A stretch of 64,000 nucleotides of DNA from Mobula hypostoma (lineage: Eukaryota), in contig NC_086097.1 in assembly GCF_963921235.1 (NCBI RefSeq), positions 7,254,001 to 7,318,000 of the forward strand. Direction: 5' to 3'. The stretch's first letter is position 1; the number at the start of each line of letters is the position of its first letter. Shown here piece by piece: positions 50,458 to 64,000 of this stretch. Position numbers and translations under genes: made by a program. Below the pieces are notes generated by a model that was not told the origin of the DNA, made no database searches, and saw only the letters and a program-made list of their open reading frames with translations.

Positions 50458-51137
50458 GATTAGATTAGATTATGAGGACACTCAATCCTCATTTATTGTC
50501 ATTTAGAAATACACGCATGCATTAAGAAATGATACAATGTTCCTCCTGAGTGATATCACAAAAAAAAGGACAAACCAAAGACTAACACTGACAAGACCAC
50601 ATAATTATAACATATAGTTACAGCAGTGCAAAACAATACCATAAGTTGATAAAGAGCAGACCATGGGAATGGTAAAAAAAGTCTCAAAGTTCCGTTCGAC
50701 TCCTGATAGTCCCCGACAGCAAGCAGCAGAAGGGAGAAACTCTCTCTGCCATAAACCTCCAGGCACCGACAACTGTCGATGCATTGGAAGCACCCGACCA
50801 CAGCTGACTCTGAGTCTATCCGAAAACTTCGAGCCTCCGACCAGCCCTTCGATACCAAGCACCGAGCACCACCTCTGCCGAACGCTTCAACTCCATCCCG
50901 GCTGCCGAGCAACAAGTAAAGCCGAGGACTCAGGGCCTTCCCCTCCGGAGATTCTGGCCACACAGTAGCAGCAGCAGTGAAAAAGACATTTCAGAAGTTT
51001 CTCCAGATGTTCCTCCATTCTCTCACATCTGTCTCCATCAAATCAGGATTGTGCACGGCACCCTACTTGACAGATTACAGATTTCATTCACCGGAGTGGC
51101 CGTGCAAACTGCGTCGTCCTGCCATCTTCTGCTCCTT
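50458..51137 (-). mobile_element. Non-autonomous retroposon family, copy 3
   Basis: Collinear with 18669-19350; AGGTA is duplicated at 50453-50457 and 51139-51143 in the host Rex fragment. Confidence 0.85.
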
Positions 51138-51824
51138 TAGGTACAGAAGCCTAAAGCCACGTACTCGGCGATTCAGGACCAGCTTCTGAATGGACATTGA
51201 TTTTTGAAAGGACATTGAACCCATGAACACTAACTCACTCTCACTACTTTTTATTTCTATTTTTGCACTACACCCACACACTTACTGTGGTTCAGTTTTT
51301 TTCTCTGTTATTATGTATTGCACGGTATTACTCCTGCAAAGACAACAAATTTCACAACATATGCGGTGTTTTATTAAACCTGATTCTGAGGACTCGGATT
51401 GCTAGCCTGGAGGCGATGAAACTGATGAATACCCTACTACCACCAAGGTCTCATCACTAGGACACCAAGCTATTTACCATTTACTCTACCATTGAGTGGT
51501 TACCTGTGCTGTGCACTACATGCACTTTAAATTATACATTATTAACTTGTTTGTGCTAATTGTTTGTTTGTGTGGTATATGTATTGTGGGTGCGCCATGT
51601 TCCGGAGGAATGCCATTTCATTTAGCTGTATACATCAGTGGTGGAGGCAGATACACTAGTGAAGTTTAACAAACTACTAGACAGGTATATGGAGGAATTT
51701 AAGGTGGGGGCTTATATGGGAGGCAGGGTTTGAGGGTCGGCACAACATTGTGGGCAGAAAGGCCTGTACTGTGCTGTACTATTCTATGTTCTATGTACAG
51801 TCAGATGACAATGAAATTTAAGTT

Positions 51825-52325
51825 AAAGAAAGGATGTGCTGACATTGGAGAGAGTTTAAAGGAGGTTCTCAAAGATGATCTGGGAATGAAAGGCTTATCA
51901 TATGAGGAGCATTTGATGGCTCTGGGCTTCTACTCACAGGAACTCAGAAGAATGAAGGAGGATCTTATTGAAACCTATTGAATGCTGGAAGGTCTTGATA
52001 GAGTAGATGTAGAGAGGAAGTCTATGGTGTCTAAGACCAGAGAACACAGCCTCAGAATAGAGGGATATGCTTTTAGGATGGAAATGTGGAGGAATTTCTT
52101 TAGTCAGAGATTGGTGTCTCTGTGGAATTCATTGCCGCAGGTGGCTCTGGAAGCCAAGTCATGGGGTATATTTAAGGCAGAGGTTGATAGGTTCTTGATT
52201 GTTCAGGGCATTAAGGGATGAAAGCAGTCAATTGGGGTTGAGAGGGAAAGTGATGTAATGGCAGAGCAGACTCAATGGGCCAAATGGCCTAATTCTGATC
52301 TTATATCTTAGTGTTATGGTCTTAT
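51825..52325 (+). mobile_element. CR1 3' fragment
   Basis: GMKGLSYEEHLMALG..NFFSQRLVSLWNSLP followed by the 3' stem and tail. Confidence 0.85.
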
Positions 52326-53549
52326 GTGGATATATCTAATAGATAAAAAGGAAGACCACAGGTAAAAAGATGTGTTTATTCAAATATGTGCCATCTGTGG
52401 TATAGATTATTTGAAATGTGTTCATTGAAAGTGAAATTAGGCCTAATAACAAAAAGATATTATTGATAGGAAAAATCTAATAAATTATATTAAGTAAGTA
52501 GGAAGATAATGAAATATTTTCATCTGCCCACAATTAACAATTAGAAAAGTGTCTTGCTCTTGAGCAGGATGAACAAGTTATTCTAACTGTTTTAATAGAG
52601 ACCTTATTTCACTGATAGTCTCTTTTAATACTGATTTAACTGCATTCAATGTAACCCGTCAGTCTGAGAAACACAGCATGGAGCCAAACTATTTCATGTT
52701 AAATGCAAGCATAATATTGCCACCTCTACTAATAAAAGTAATTTCAGAAATGTACTCTCGGTAATGAACTCAGTCTTTTCAAATGAAGAGTCCTAATTCA
52801 ATCAGTGGAGGAATTTTTCAGTTTGGTGAGCAGTGTAAAATAAACGATATTAATTCACTTAGTCAGTCATTAAACATCCCTCATGGCTTTCAATTCTGTT
52901 GACATCAATTGAACTTTAAAAAAATAGCAAATGTAGAAAAATGAAGATCTCTGAATTAAATCTGAAAATGTACTATTGTGTTATGATTTTCCAAGGATAC
53001 TGCACTGGAGCAAAGATTCAAAGACTCAAAATATATTTCTAATCAAAGTACATATGCAATATACAACCCTGAGATTTGTCTTCCTGCAGACGGTCACGAA
53101 ACAAAGAAACATGATGGAACCCATACAAAGAAAGCACCAAATACCCAACGTGCAAAAAAAAAAGAACAAATCACACAAGTGAACTAAATTGAGTGAGCAA
53201 CGCGCAGAATATTAAATATCAAACCACGGAGTCCTTGACACAGTCTAGGAATGTTCAATTTGGTGCTGTGTCGTTTGTTGACTGCAGGCTGCAGAGCAAG
53301 TCTGCCCCGATCAAAGATTGCACAAAATAGCAGTAGAAAAGGAGTAACAAGAAACAGAACATAACATGAACTGTAGAGTCCAATCCATAAAATGTGTCAA
53401 TTAAACCTTGGGCAAGGCCCAAGATGTCTGCAACTTCCTCCGGCAGCAAAGAGCAAGAGGGACAGAGAACAATATAGAGCCGTAGAGTCACAGGAAAGTG
53501 TAGCCCAGAAACAGGCCCTTCAGTTTTTCTAGTTTGGAGGGAACTTGGC

Positions 53550-56303
53550 TAAAGAATGGCTGCCATTGGGAGCTGAACGTCCAAGGTATACGGTGCATCA
53601 GACAGATAGGTTAGTAGGCAGAGGGGATGGTGTGGCTCTGTGTGTAAGTAGTAATATTAAATCATTTGAAAGAGATGTTGAGTCTCTATGGGTTGAGTTA
53701 GGAAATGGCAAGGGTAAAAGGAACCTAACGGCATTTGTATACAGGCCCCCAGGATGTGAATTACAAATTACAGCAGGAGATAGAAAAGACGTGTCAGAAA
53801 GTCAACGTCATGATAATCGTTGGGGATTTTAACATGAAAGTGGATTGGGAAAACTAGGTCAAGTACTGGACCTCAAGAGACAGAAGTTGTAGAATCTCCG
53901 AGGGATGGCTTTTTAGAACAGCTTGTTGTTGACCCCACCAGGGGATCAGCTGTGCTGGATTGGATGTTGTGCAATGATCTGGAGGTGATAAGAGAGCTTA
54001 AGGTTAAGGAACCCTCAGTGATCAGTGATCACAATATGACCGAGTTCACATTGAAATTTGAGAAGGCAAAAATAAAATCCAATGTGTCGGTATTTCAGTG
54101 GAATAAAGGAAATTACAATGGCATGAGAGGGGAACTGACTGGAGTTGGCTGGAAAGGGACATTTGCAGGAAGGACAGCACAGCAGTAATGGCTGGAGTTT
54201 CTGCGAAAAATGAGGGAAGTGCAAGACAGATATATTCCAAAATTAGAAGATATTTTCAAAGGGAAGAAGGATACTACCATGGCTGACAAGTGAAGTCAGA
54301 TCAAAAATAAAAGCAAAGAGAGGGCATACAAGGAAGCCAGAGCTAGTGGGAAAGTAGAGGATTGCGAATCTTTTAAAAACTTACACAAGGAAACTAAGAA
54401 GGTCATTAGGAAGGAAAAGATGAATCATGAAAGGAAGCTGGCGACTAATATCAAAGAACTAAAAGCTTTTTTAAGTATATAAAGGGTAAAAGAGAGTCGC
54501 AGGAAGATATAGGACCAATACAAAATGACACTGGAGATATTGTAATGAGAGATGCAGAGAAGGCAGAGGAACTGAATGCGAATTTTGCATCAGTCTTCGC
54601 AGTGGAAGACGTCTGCAGTATACTGGACATTCAAGAGTGTCAGGGAAGTGAAGCTTGTATAGTGAAAGTTATGACTGAGAAGGTGCTCAGGAAGCTGAAT
54701 GGTCTGAGGGTGGATAACTCTCCTGGACTGATGGAATGCATCCTCAGGTTACGAAGGAAGTAGCTAGAGAGATTGCGGAGGCATTAACGATGATCTTTCA
54801 AGAATCAATAGATTCTGGCATTTTACTGGATGACTGAGAAATTACAAGTGTTGCTCCGCTATTTAAGAGGCGTGGGAAGCAGCAGAAAGGAAACTGTAGA
54901 CCTGTTAGCCTGACATCAGTGGTTGGGAAGTTGTTGGAATCAATTGTTAGGGATGAGATTACGGAGTACCTGGTGGCACATGACAAGATAGGCCTGAGCC
55001 AGCATGGTTTCCTGAAAGGAAAATCCTGCCTGACAAACCTACTGCAATTTTTTGAGGAACTTACAAGCAGGGTAGACAAAGAAGATGCAGTAGACGTGGT
55101 GTACTTGAATTTTCAGAAGGCCTTTGATAAGGTGCCACACACGAGGCTGCTTAGCAAGATAAGAGCTCATGGAATTACTGGGAAGTTACTAGCATGGGTG
55201 GAGTATTGGCTGGTCGGCAGAAAACAGGAAGTGGGAGTAAAGGAATCCTATTCTGGCTGGCTGCCGGTTACCAGTGGAGTTCCACAGGGGTCGGTGTTGG
55301 GACCGCTGCTTTTTAGAATGCATGTCAATAATTTGGCCGATGGTATTAATGGTTTTGTGGCTAAATTTTGCCGTTGATTCAAAGATAGGCAGAGGAGCGG
55401 GTAGTGTTGCGGAAACAGAGAGCCTACAGAGAGACTTAGATAGTTTAGGGGACTGGGCAAAGAAGTGGCAAATGAAATACAATGTTATAAAGTGTATGGT
55501 CATGCACTTTGCTGGAAGAATAAATGGGCAGACTATTATTTAGATGGGGAGAGAATTCAAAATGCAGAGAAGCAAAGGGTCTTAGGAGCCCTTGTGCAAG
55601 ACAACCTAAAGGTTAACCTCCAGGTTGAGTCAGTTGTGAAGAAGATGAATGCAATATTGACATTCATTTCTAGAGGTATAGAATATAATAGCAGGGATGT
55701 AATGTTGAGGTTCTATAAGGCACTCGTGAGACTACACTTGGAATATTGTGCACAGTTTTAGGCTCCTTATTTTAGAAAGGATGGACTGACATTGGAGAGG
55801 GTTCAGAGGAGATTCATGAGAATGATTCCAGGAATGAAAGGGTTACCGTATGAGGAACGTCTGGCAGCTCTTGGGCTGTATTCCCTGGAGTTCAGCAGAA
55901 TGAGGAGGGGATCTCATAGAAATATTCCGAATGTTATAAGGCCTGAACAGATCAGATGTGGCAAAGTTATTTCCCATGGTAGGGGATTCTAGGACAAGAG
56001 GGCACGACTTTAGGACTGAAGGACATCCTTTTAGATCTGAGATGCGGAGAAATTACTTTCGTCAGAGGGTGTTAACTTTATGGAATTTGTTGCCATGAGT
56101 AGCTGTGGAGGCCAAGTCACTGGGTGTATTTAACGCAGAGATAGATAGGTTCTTTATTAGCCAGGGCATCAAAGGCTATGGGGTGAAGGCGGGGGAGTGG
56201 GGATGACTGGAGGAATCAGATCAGCCCATGATTGAATGGCGGAGCAGACTCGATAGGCCGAATGGCCTACTTCTGCTCCTACATCTTATGGTTATGATCT
56301 TAT
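53550..56303 (+). mobile_element. CR1 LINE ORF2 (endonuclease-RT) + 3' UTR, decayed
   Basis: APE motifs (VYRPP, SDHN), RT motifs (QHGFLKGKSCLTNL, FQKAFDKVPH, GVPQGSVLGP), multiple stops and frameshifts, and a tail. Confidence 0.92.
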
Positions 56304-57065
56304 TTAAACTACCTACTCACATTGAACTGCAATGGGACTGTTGCCCTCCATACCCTTACCATCCATGTACCTATCCAAACTTCTCTTAAACATTGAAATT
56401 TAGCTTGCATACTCTGGCAGCTCATTCCACAATTTCACAACCCTCTGAATGAAGAAGGTTCCCCTCATGTTTCACTTAAACTTTTCACCTTTCACCCTTA
56501 ACCCATGACCTTTGGTTGTAGTTTCACCCAACTTCAATGGCAAATGCCTAATTGCATTTATTCCGTCTGTACCCTGCATTATTTTGTATACTCACTTAAT
56601 CATCTATTAAGTATCAACTAATGTTCTTAAAACAAATCCAATGTTCTCCATCTCATGCTGAAATTAATTCCTCACCAGCTAAAACCTAGTTTCTGGAAAA
56701 GCTTTTTTTTTAACTTATTATCTTCAGACTGCCATCTGAAGCAAAACTATATATTAAGACTGCCTGCAATCTTGATACCATTGGGAGACAAGGGTCATCT
56801 ACAAGTTTAACTCAATGCAGAAGCTAAACAATTTGGAATAAGTAGGACGGAAAAGCAAAAAAATATGTTGAACCCACCTGAAGAGGTTGAAAATAATATA
56901 GTAGGTTACCAAAAAAAAAATCACAATAACACAAGGTTTTATATGCATTTCCCATACCTGCAAATTAGGAATTTGTTCCATTACTGACTCTGTCTTTCAA
57001 TTATTAAAGGTGATGAGATAATTTACTGTGCTTTTTAAATATCATTCACAATTTTCATTTATATT

Positions 57066-57457
57066 CACTCAGTGGTCACTACGTCCGTGGTCTTCTGCGG
57101 CTGTAGACCATCCTCTTCAAAGTTCATCATGTTCTGCATTCAGAGATGCTTTTCTGCACACCACCAAAGTAAAACATGGTTATTTGGGTTACTGTCATCT
57201 TCCTGTCAGCTTGAACCATTCTGGTCATTCTCCTCTGACCTCTCTCATTAACAAGGCATTTTCAACCTCAGAACTGATACTCACTGGGTGTGCTTTTGCT
57301 TATCGCATCATTTTTGTAAACTCAGAGATTGCTGTGTGTGAAAATCCCAGATCAGAGACTCTCAAATCACCCCATCTGGTATCACCAATCATTCCATGGT
57401 CACTTAGATCATATTTCTTCCCCATTCTGATGTCTGGTCTGAACAACAACTAAACCC
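57066..57457 (-). mobile_element. Tc1-like relic truncated by the Nimb-like insertion
   Basis: Reverse-complement homologue of 24470-24820; begins CACTCAGTGGTCACT. Confidence 0.75.
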
Positions 57458-58349
57458 CTTCTTCTTCTATTTCCGGCTGTTTAGACGCATCTAGGCGTAT
57501 TACAGCCCTCTGCAGGATGTATAATTAATTATAGAACTTCAAGGAACTCAAATTCTTGAATACAACCTAGTCTCGCGTATAAACTGAATAATAGTCTTCA
57601 ATCAGATATTGATTCTCTTGATGGCCAAACAAAGATCTAATAGAAAATCAAAATAAATTTAAGCCAGATCGCCTCTTGAACAACATGCTTCTTTCAATTT
57701 TGTATCGATTACAGCTCAGTAAAACATGCTGGACTGTCTCTGAACTACCACAGTCACATAATCCAGTAGGATGTTTTCCTATTATCTTGAAATAGTAGTT
57801 TAGCCCACAATGCCCCAACCTAAGTCTTGTAAATTTCACCATATCTCTACGACTTAAAGGTAACAGTCTGAGACCTTTTTAACTAGTGGGTAACTAGAAA
57901 AATAATGGCTGCCCCTTAATTCATTTTTCCAATCCTCCTGCTACTTCTTCTCTATATCTTTTTTAATCCTACTTCTCAATTCTGCTCTGCCTAGGGGAAC
58001 TCTAATTTCTACTTGCCTGCTCTGTAAGGAAGACTTTGTAATGCCATCCACAATTTCATTTCCTTCCACCCCAGCATGCCCAGGTATCCATGAAAGTCTA
58101 ACTGCACAACCCATCTTCCCTACTCTAAACACTAAGAGAATCTCAATAACTATGTCAGGACGAGCTTTTGATTTACTCCCTTTTATAGACTCTGAGGCAG
58201 CAGCAGAATCCGAACAGATGATAACCCTACGTGGTCGAGAGTCTTCTATCCTCCATAAGGCCCAGAGGATTGCTAATAATTCTGTTGCAAAGACAGAAAC
58301 ACCATCTGAAACCCGGTGATCAATCTTAACTCCAAGTTGAGACACATAC

Positions 58350-58409
58350 GGACTAGAAGGGCCGAGATGGCCTGTTTCCGTGCTGTAATTGTTATATGGT
58401 TATATGGTT
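58350..58409 (+). mobile_element. 60-bp CR1 3' tail insertion in the Nimb RNase H
   Basis: GGGCCGAGATGGCCTGTTTCCGTGCTGT followed by (GTTATATG)n; TSD ACATAC at 58344-58349 and 58410-58415. Confidence 0.85.
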
Positions 58410-58949
58410 ACATACATCCCAAATCCTGCCCTACTGCTCTCTGGGTCCACTGAGCCATCAGTAAAAATATTCAGATAAGACCCTCCAATTCTTATTTAAA
58501 TAATCATTTGTGATCAATGCTGATGAAATTGCACTGCTTCCTTTAAGCTGAAAAAGGTGGAACAGGTCTATTTCTGGTTCTGGAAAGAGCCAAAAAGGGA
58601 TGGGTGGCAAGCAAATTTGGTCAACTCTGTCTTCCTCAGTCAGTTTCAATTTCATAGCCCAGTTATTAACCAAATCTAAAAGTGGGTATCTTTTAATTTT
58701 ACCTTGGCACTCCGACTTCCCCTGCGAAAGACACTTTGGCGGACAGCTGTGATTGAATCCATTTAGTTTTACCCAATACTGCAGGCCCAACTGAATTCAT
58801 CTTAAATGCAGAGGCATTTCTCCCATCTCCACACATAATGCTGCGACTGATGTTGTTCTAAAAGCTCCACAACAGAGTCTAAGTGCTTTGGACTGCACAG
58901 TGTCTAGTTTTCCAAGCACTGCCGTATCAGCGGAACCATAAGCAATACA

Positions 58950-61900
58950 TAGAAACATAGAAAATAGGTGCAGGAGTAGGCCATTCGGCCCTTCAAGCCT
59001 GCACCGCCATTTATTATGATCATGGCTGATCATCCAACTCAGAACCCTGCATCAGCCTTCCCTCCATACCCTCTGATCCCCCTAGCCACAAGGGCCATAT
59101 CTAACTCCCTCTTAAATATAGCCAATGAACTGGCCTCAACTGTTTCCTGTGGCAGAGAATTCCACAGATTCACCACTCTCTGTGTGAAGAAGTTTTTCCT
59201 AATCTCGGTCCTAAAAGGCTTCCCCTTTATCCTCAAACTGTGACCCCTTATTCTGGACTTCCCCAACATCGGGAACAATCTTCCTGCATCTAGCCTGTCC
59301 AATCCCTTTAGGATCTTATACGTTTCAATCAGATCCCCCCTCAATCTTCTAAATTCCAACGAGTACAAGCCCAGTTCATCTAGTCTTTCTTCATATGAAA
59401 GTCCTGCCATCCCAGGAATCAATCTGGTGAACCTTCTTTGTACTCCCTCTATGGCAAGGATATCTTTCCTCAGATTAGGGGACCAAAACTGCACACAATA
59501 CTCCAGGTGTGGTCTCACCAAGGCCTTGTACAACTGCAGTAGTACCTCCCTGCTCCTGTACTCGAATCCTCTCACTATAAATGCCAGCATACCATTCGCC
59601 TTTTTCACCGCCTGCTGTACCTGCATGCCCACTTTCAATGACTGGTGTATAATGACACTCAGGTCTCATTGCACCTCCCCTTTTCCTAATCGGCCACCAT
59701 TCAGATAATAATCTGTTTTCCTATTTTTGCCACCAAAGTGGATAACTTCACATTTATCCACATTAAATTGCATCTGCCATGAATTTGCCCACTCACCCAA
59801 CCTATCCAAGTCACTCTGCATCCTCTTAGCATCCTCCTCACAGCTAACACTGCCACCCAGCTTCATGTCATCCGCAAACTTGGAGATGCTGCATTTAATT
59901 CCCTCATCCAAGTCATTAATATATATTGTAAACAACTGGGGTCCCAGCACTGAGCCTTGCGGTACCCCACTAGTCACCGCCTGCCATTCTGAAAAGGTCC
60001 CGTTTATTCCCACTCTTTGCTTCCTGTCTGCTAACCAATTCTCTATCCACATCAATACCTTACCCCCAATACCGTGTGCTTTAAGTTTGCACACTAATCT
60101 CCGGTGTGGGACCTTGTCAAAAGCCTTTTGAAAATCCAAATATACCACATCCACTGGTTCTCCCCTATCCACTCTACTAGTTACATCCTCAAAAAATTCT
60201 ATGAGATTCGTCAGACATGATTTTCCTTTTACAAATCCATGCTGACTTTGTCCGATCATTTCACCGCTTTCCAAATGTGCTGTTATCACATCTTTGATAA
60301 CTGACTCCAGCAGTTTCCCCACCACCGACGTTAGGCTAACCGGTCTATAATTCCCCGGTTTCTCTCTCCCTCCTGTTTTAAAAAGTGGGGTTACATTAGC
60401 CACCCTCCAATCCTCAGGAACTAGTCCAAATTCTAACGAGTTTTGAAAAATTATCGCTAATGCATCCACTATTTCTTGGGCTACTTCCTTAAGCACTCTA
60501 GGATGCAGACCATCTGGCCCTTGGGATTTATCTGCCTTCAATCCCTTAAATTTACCTAACACCACTTCCCTACTAACATGTATTTCCCTCAGTTCCTCCA
60601 TCTCACTGGACCCTCTGTCCCCTACTATTTCGGGAAGATTATTTATGTCCTCCTTAGTGAAGACAGAACCAAAGTAATTATTCAATTGGTCTGCCATGTC
60701 CTTGCTCCCCATAATCAATTCACCTGTTTCTGTCTGTAGGGGACCTACATTTGTCTTTACCAGTCTTTTCCTTTTTACATATCTATAAAAGCTTTTACAG
60801 TCCATTTTTATGTTCCCTGCCAGTTTTCTCTCATAATCTTTTTTCCCCTTCATAATTAAGCCCTTTGTCCTCCTCTGCTGAACTCTGAATTTCTCCCAGT
60901 CCTCAGGTGAGCCACTTTCTCTGGCTAATTTGTATGCTTCTTCTTTGGAATTGATACTATCCCTAATTTCTCTTGTCAGCCACAGGTGCATTACCTTCCT
61001 TGATTTATCCTTTTGCCAAACTGGGATGAACAATTGTTGTAGTTCATCCATGCGATCTTTAAATGCTTGCCATTGCATATCCACCGTCAATCCTTTAAGT
61101 GTCATTTGTCAGTCTATCTTAGCTAATTCACGTCTCATACCTTCAAAGTTACCCCTCTTTAAGTTCAGAACCTTTGTTTCTGAATTAACTATGTCACTCT
61201 CCATCTTAATGAAGAATTCCACCATATTATGGTCACTCTTACCCAAGGGGCCTCTCACGACAAGATTGCTAATTAACCCTTCCTCATTGCTCAAAACCCA
61301 GTCCAGAATAGCCTGCTCTCTAGTTGGTTCCTCAACATGTTGGTTCTAAAAACCATCCCGCATATATTCCAAGAAATCCTCTTCCTCAGCACCTTTACCA
61401 ATTTGGTTCACCCAATCTACATGTAGATTGAAGTCACCCATTATAACTGCTGTTCCTTTATTGCACACATTTCTAATTTCCTGTTTAATACCATCTCCGA
61501 CCTCACTACTACTGTTAGGTGGCCTGTACACAACTCCCACCAGCGTCTTCTGCCCCTTAGTGTTACGCAGCTCTACCCATATCGATTCCACATCTTCCCG
61601 GCTTATGTCCTTCCTTTCTATTGCGTTAATCTCTTCTTTAACCAGCAACGCCACCCCACCTCCCCTTCCTTCATGTCTATCCCTCCTGAATATTGAATAT
61701 CCCTTAATGTTGAGCTCCCATCCTTGGTCACCCTGGAACCATGTCTCTGTGATCCCAACTATATCATAATCATTAATAACAATCTGCACTTTCAATTCAT
61801 CCACCTTATTACGAATGCTCCTTGCATTGACACACAAAGCCTTCAGGATTTATCCTCCACCTCATCGCATTCCTACTCTCACTGTCGCGTGGCACAGGCA

Positions 61901-62129
61901 GTAATCCCGAGATTACTACCTTTGAGGTCCTTTTTCTCAACTCCCTTCCTAGCTCCCTATATTCTCTTTTCAGGACCTCATCCCTTTTCCTACCTATGTC
62001 ATTGGTACCTATATGTACCACGACCTCTGGCTCCTCACCCTCCCACTTCAGGATATCTTGGACACGATCAGAAATATCCCGGACCCTGGCACCAGGGAGG
62101 CAAACTACCATCCGGGCAATACCAGGGAG
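58950..62129 (-). mobile_element. Young CR1 LINE: partial ORF1 (SGNH esterase-like) + whole ORF2 with about 3 frameshifts; 8-bp TSD
   Basis: ORF1 CLPGARV..VVVHIGTND; ORF2 CVNARSI..GDFN..SDHN..DFQKAFD..PQGSVLGP..FADD. TSD GCAATACA at 58942-58949 and 62130-62137 splits the Nimb DYGCIA|YGS. Confidence 0.95.
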
Positions 62130-64000
62130 GCAATACAACCATAATCTATAACCGATCTAATCATAGCTAGATATATTAAGTACATAGTTTCCCATCCTGC
62201 TCTCCAGTCGCATCCAGCAATACTTCTCATAACATTTAAAACTTTCTGACACTTTTCAGTTGTTTTATCTTCATGAACCCTCCAAGTAAGTCTTTCATCA
62301 AACCAGACACCTAAAAACTTGAATACCTTAATTCTTTCTAGCGGAGAATCATATAGACACAATTCACAATCAGGAATCTTTCTTCTAAAGCCAAAAATCA
62401 TATATTTGGACTTAGAAGCAGAAATCCTGAAACCCCATTCATTAGCCCAGTTTTCAAATGATCTTAAAGCCTTTTGTACCTGCCTTAATATATACTTGAT
62501 GATTCTTCCTCTTTTCCAGATTGCACCATCGTCTGCAAACAATGATTTGCCAAATCTTGTCCCTACCTGATCAAAGATATCATTTATCATGACATTAAAA
62601 AGAACTGGACTAATGATGCTTCCTTGAGGGGTACCATTACCTATTTTAACTGACTTGGAGCTTGTTTCGCCTATTCTTACTTGAATTGTCCTTTCCTTAA
62701 GGAAATCTTTGATCCAATTAAACATTCCATCTCTAATTCCCGCATCATAGTTTAATTCATAAACCATCCTTCCATCGTGATTCATATGCTCTTTCAATAT
62801 CTAGAAATACACTTACCATTACTTCTCTATTTTGAAATGCTTTTTTAATATCATGATCTAAAAGGGCAACAGATTCCATTGTTGATCTTCCAGTTCTAAA
62901 ACGATTTTGATAGGCAGCAAAATGTCCCTTATTTTCCAAAAAATATACAAGTCTGTTGGTGACCATTCATTCCATAGTTTTACAAAGCACTGACATTAAA
63001 GCTGTAGGCCGATACGAACTAGGACTAGACGCGTCCTTACCTGGCTTTAAAACTGGAACAACCACTGCATGCTTCCATTCAACTGGTAATTTTCCTTCTT
63101 TCCACACTGAATTAAACAATGCTAGAATCTCTATTAATACAGAGACGTCTAAATGCTTAAGCAATTCATAAAACAGTCCATCCCTACCAGGAGAAGTGTT
63201 TGAACCTGATTGGACAGGTTCCTGCAATTCCTGAAGGGAGAAAAACAAATTTATGGAGCTATTATCATCCAAACTCCTGTCCAATTTCCAACTTTCCTTT
63301 AACATAATTTCCTTTCTCAAATTACCTAACTCTCCAGAACTGTGTAATGCTTGGAACACCTCTACAAACATATCAGCCTTTTCCTCATTGGTTACAACTT
63401 CAATATCTCCTTCCAGCAAAGCTGGGATAGATGGCTTCCTATACATCCCTGACATTCTGCGAATGATCATCCATGGCTGTTTTATAGGTGTCTCAGGGCT
63501 CAGGGTTCCACAAAATCTTCTCCAACTATCCCTCTTTGGATTTTTAATTACTTTCCTTGCTACTGCTCTTTCCTTTTTATACTCCATAACATTATCTAAT
63601 ACTGGGTACTTTCTTAATTTCCTGCAAGCTTTATTTCTGTTTCTCACAGCTATATCACAATTTTTATTCCACCACAGAACTAATGCTTGAGCCTTGAGTA
63701 CATTCCGTAGCGGAATAGTCAACTGAGCAACTTTATGAATTATAGAACAGAGGGATTCATTCCAGTCATCTATGGAGCCCTTGCTATTAATCTCTTTTAT
63801 TATATCCACAGCTTTCTCCTGGTACCCATCCCAATGGGCCAAAAAAAATTGTACCTAGCAGACCTCTCCTCAACTTCTACTATCAAATTTCTACCAAATC
63901 TACATAATATAGGATAATGATCACTTCCTAGTGTGTATCTGTCCATAACATCCCATTCCCCAACCCTAGCTAAGTTTGAGGAAGTGATAGACAAGTCTAA

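Larger units (their letters stand above)
57458..64000 (-). mobile_element. I-group (Nimb-like) LINE with endonuclease, RT, RNase H and CCHC; runs off the window; interrupted by two CR1 insertions
   Basis: GSDHYPI (APE); SPGRDG..WKHAVVVPVLKPGK..SYRP; GTPQGSIISPVLF..LFADD; RNase H ELLAI..CSDS..WIPGHAGVEGNEIVD; RLRLGH..CDCG..ETVQHVLLSC; (GAA)n 3' tail at about 57458-57468. Confidence 0.88.

Noticed and set aside
59427..63690. Plus-strand ORFs of 90-150 aa
   Set aside because: They are antisense shadows of CR1 and Nimb ORF2.

Overview
This is eukaryotic genomic DNA, not prokaryotic. It is very probably from a cartilaginous fish (ray or shark), inferred from the CR1, Rex1, Penelope and V-SINE repertoire and a fish-type 28S fragment. 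Most of the window is nested, mostly decayed transposable elements: CR1 LINEs (one young 3.2-kb copy), Rex1/Babar fragments, an RNase H-bearing I-group (Nimb-like) LINE, two Gypsy elements, a solo LTR, Penelope-like elements, RTE-derived non-autonomous elements, tRNA-derived SINEs, Tc1 and pogo DNA-transposon relics, and micro/minisatellites. I recognised no host protein-coding exon, and almost all short ORFs in the track are TE-derived or spurious. Highlights: (1) a complete 710-bp pogo/Tigger-like MITE carrying a captured ITS2-28S rDNA junction; (2) Penelope-derived fold-back mini-elements with minimal hammerhead-ribozyme cores and 12-15-bp TSDs; (3) a tRNA-Trp-primed, CsRN1-like Gypsy with both LTRs but with protease and RT deleted; (4) a Nimb-like LINE whose nested CR1 shows a template-switch scar. 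Family names come from recalled motifs, not database searches, and boundaries of decayed fragments are approximate.
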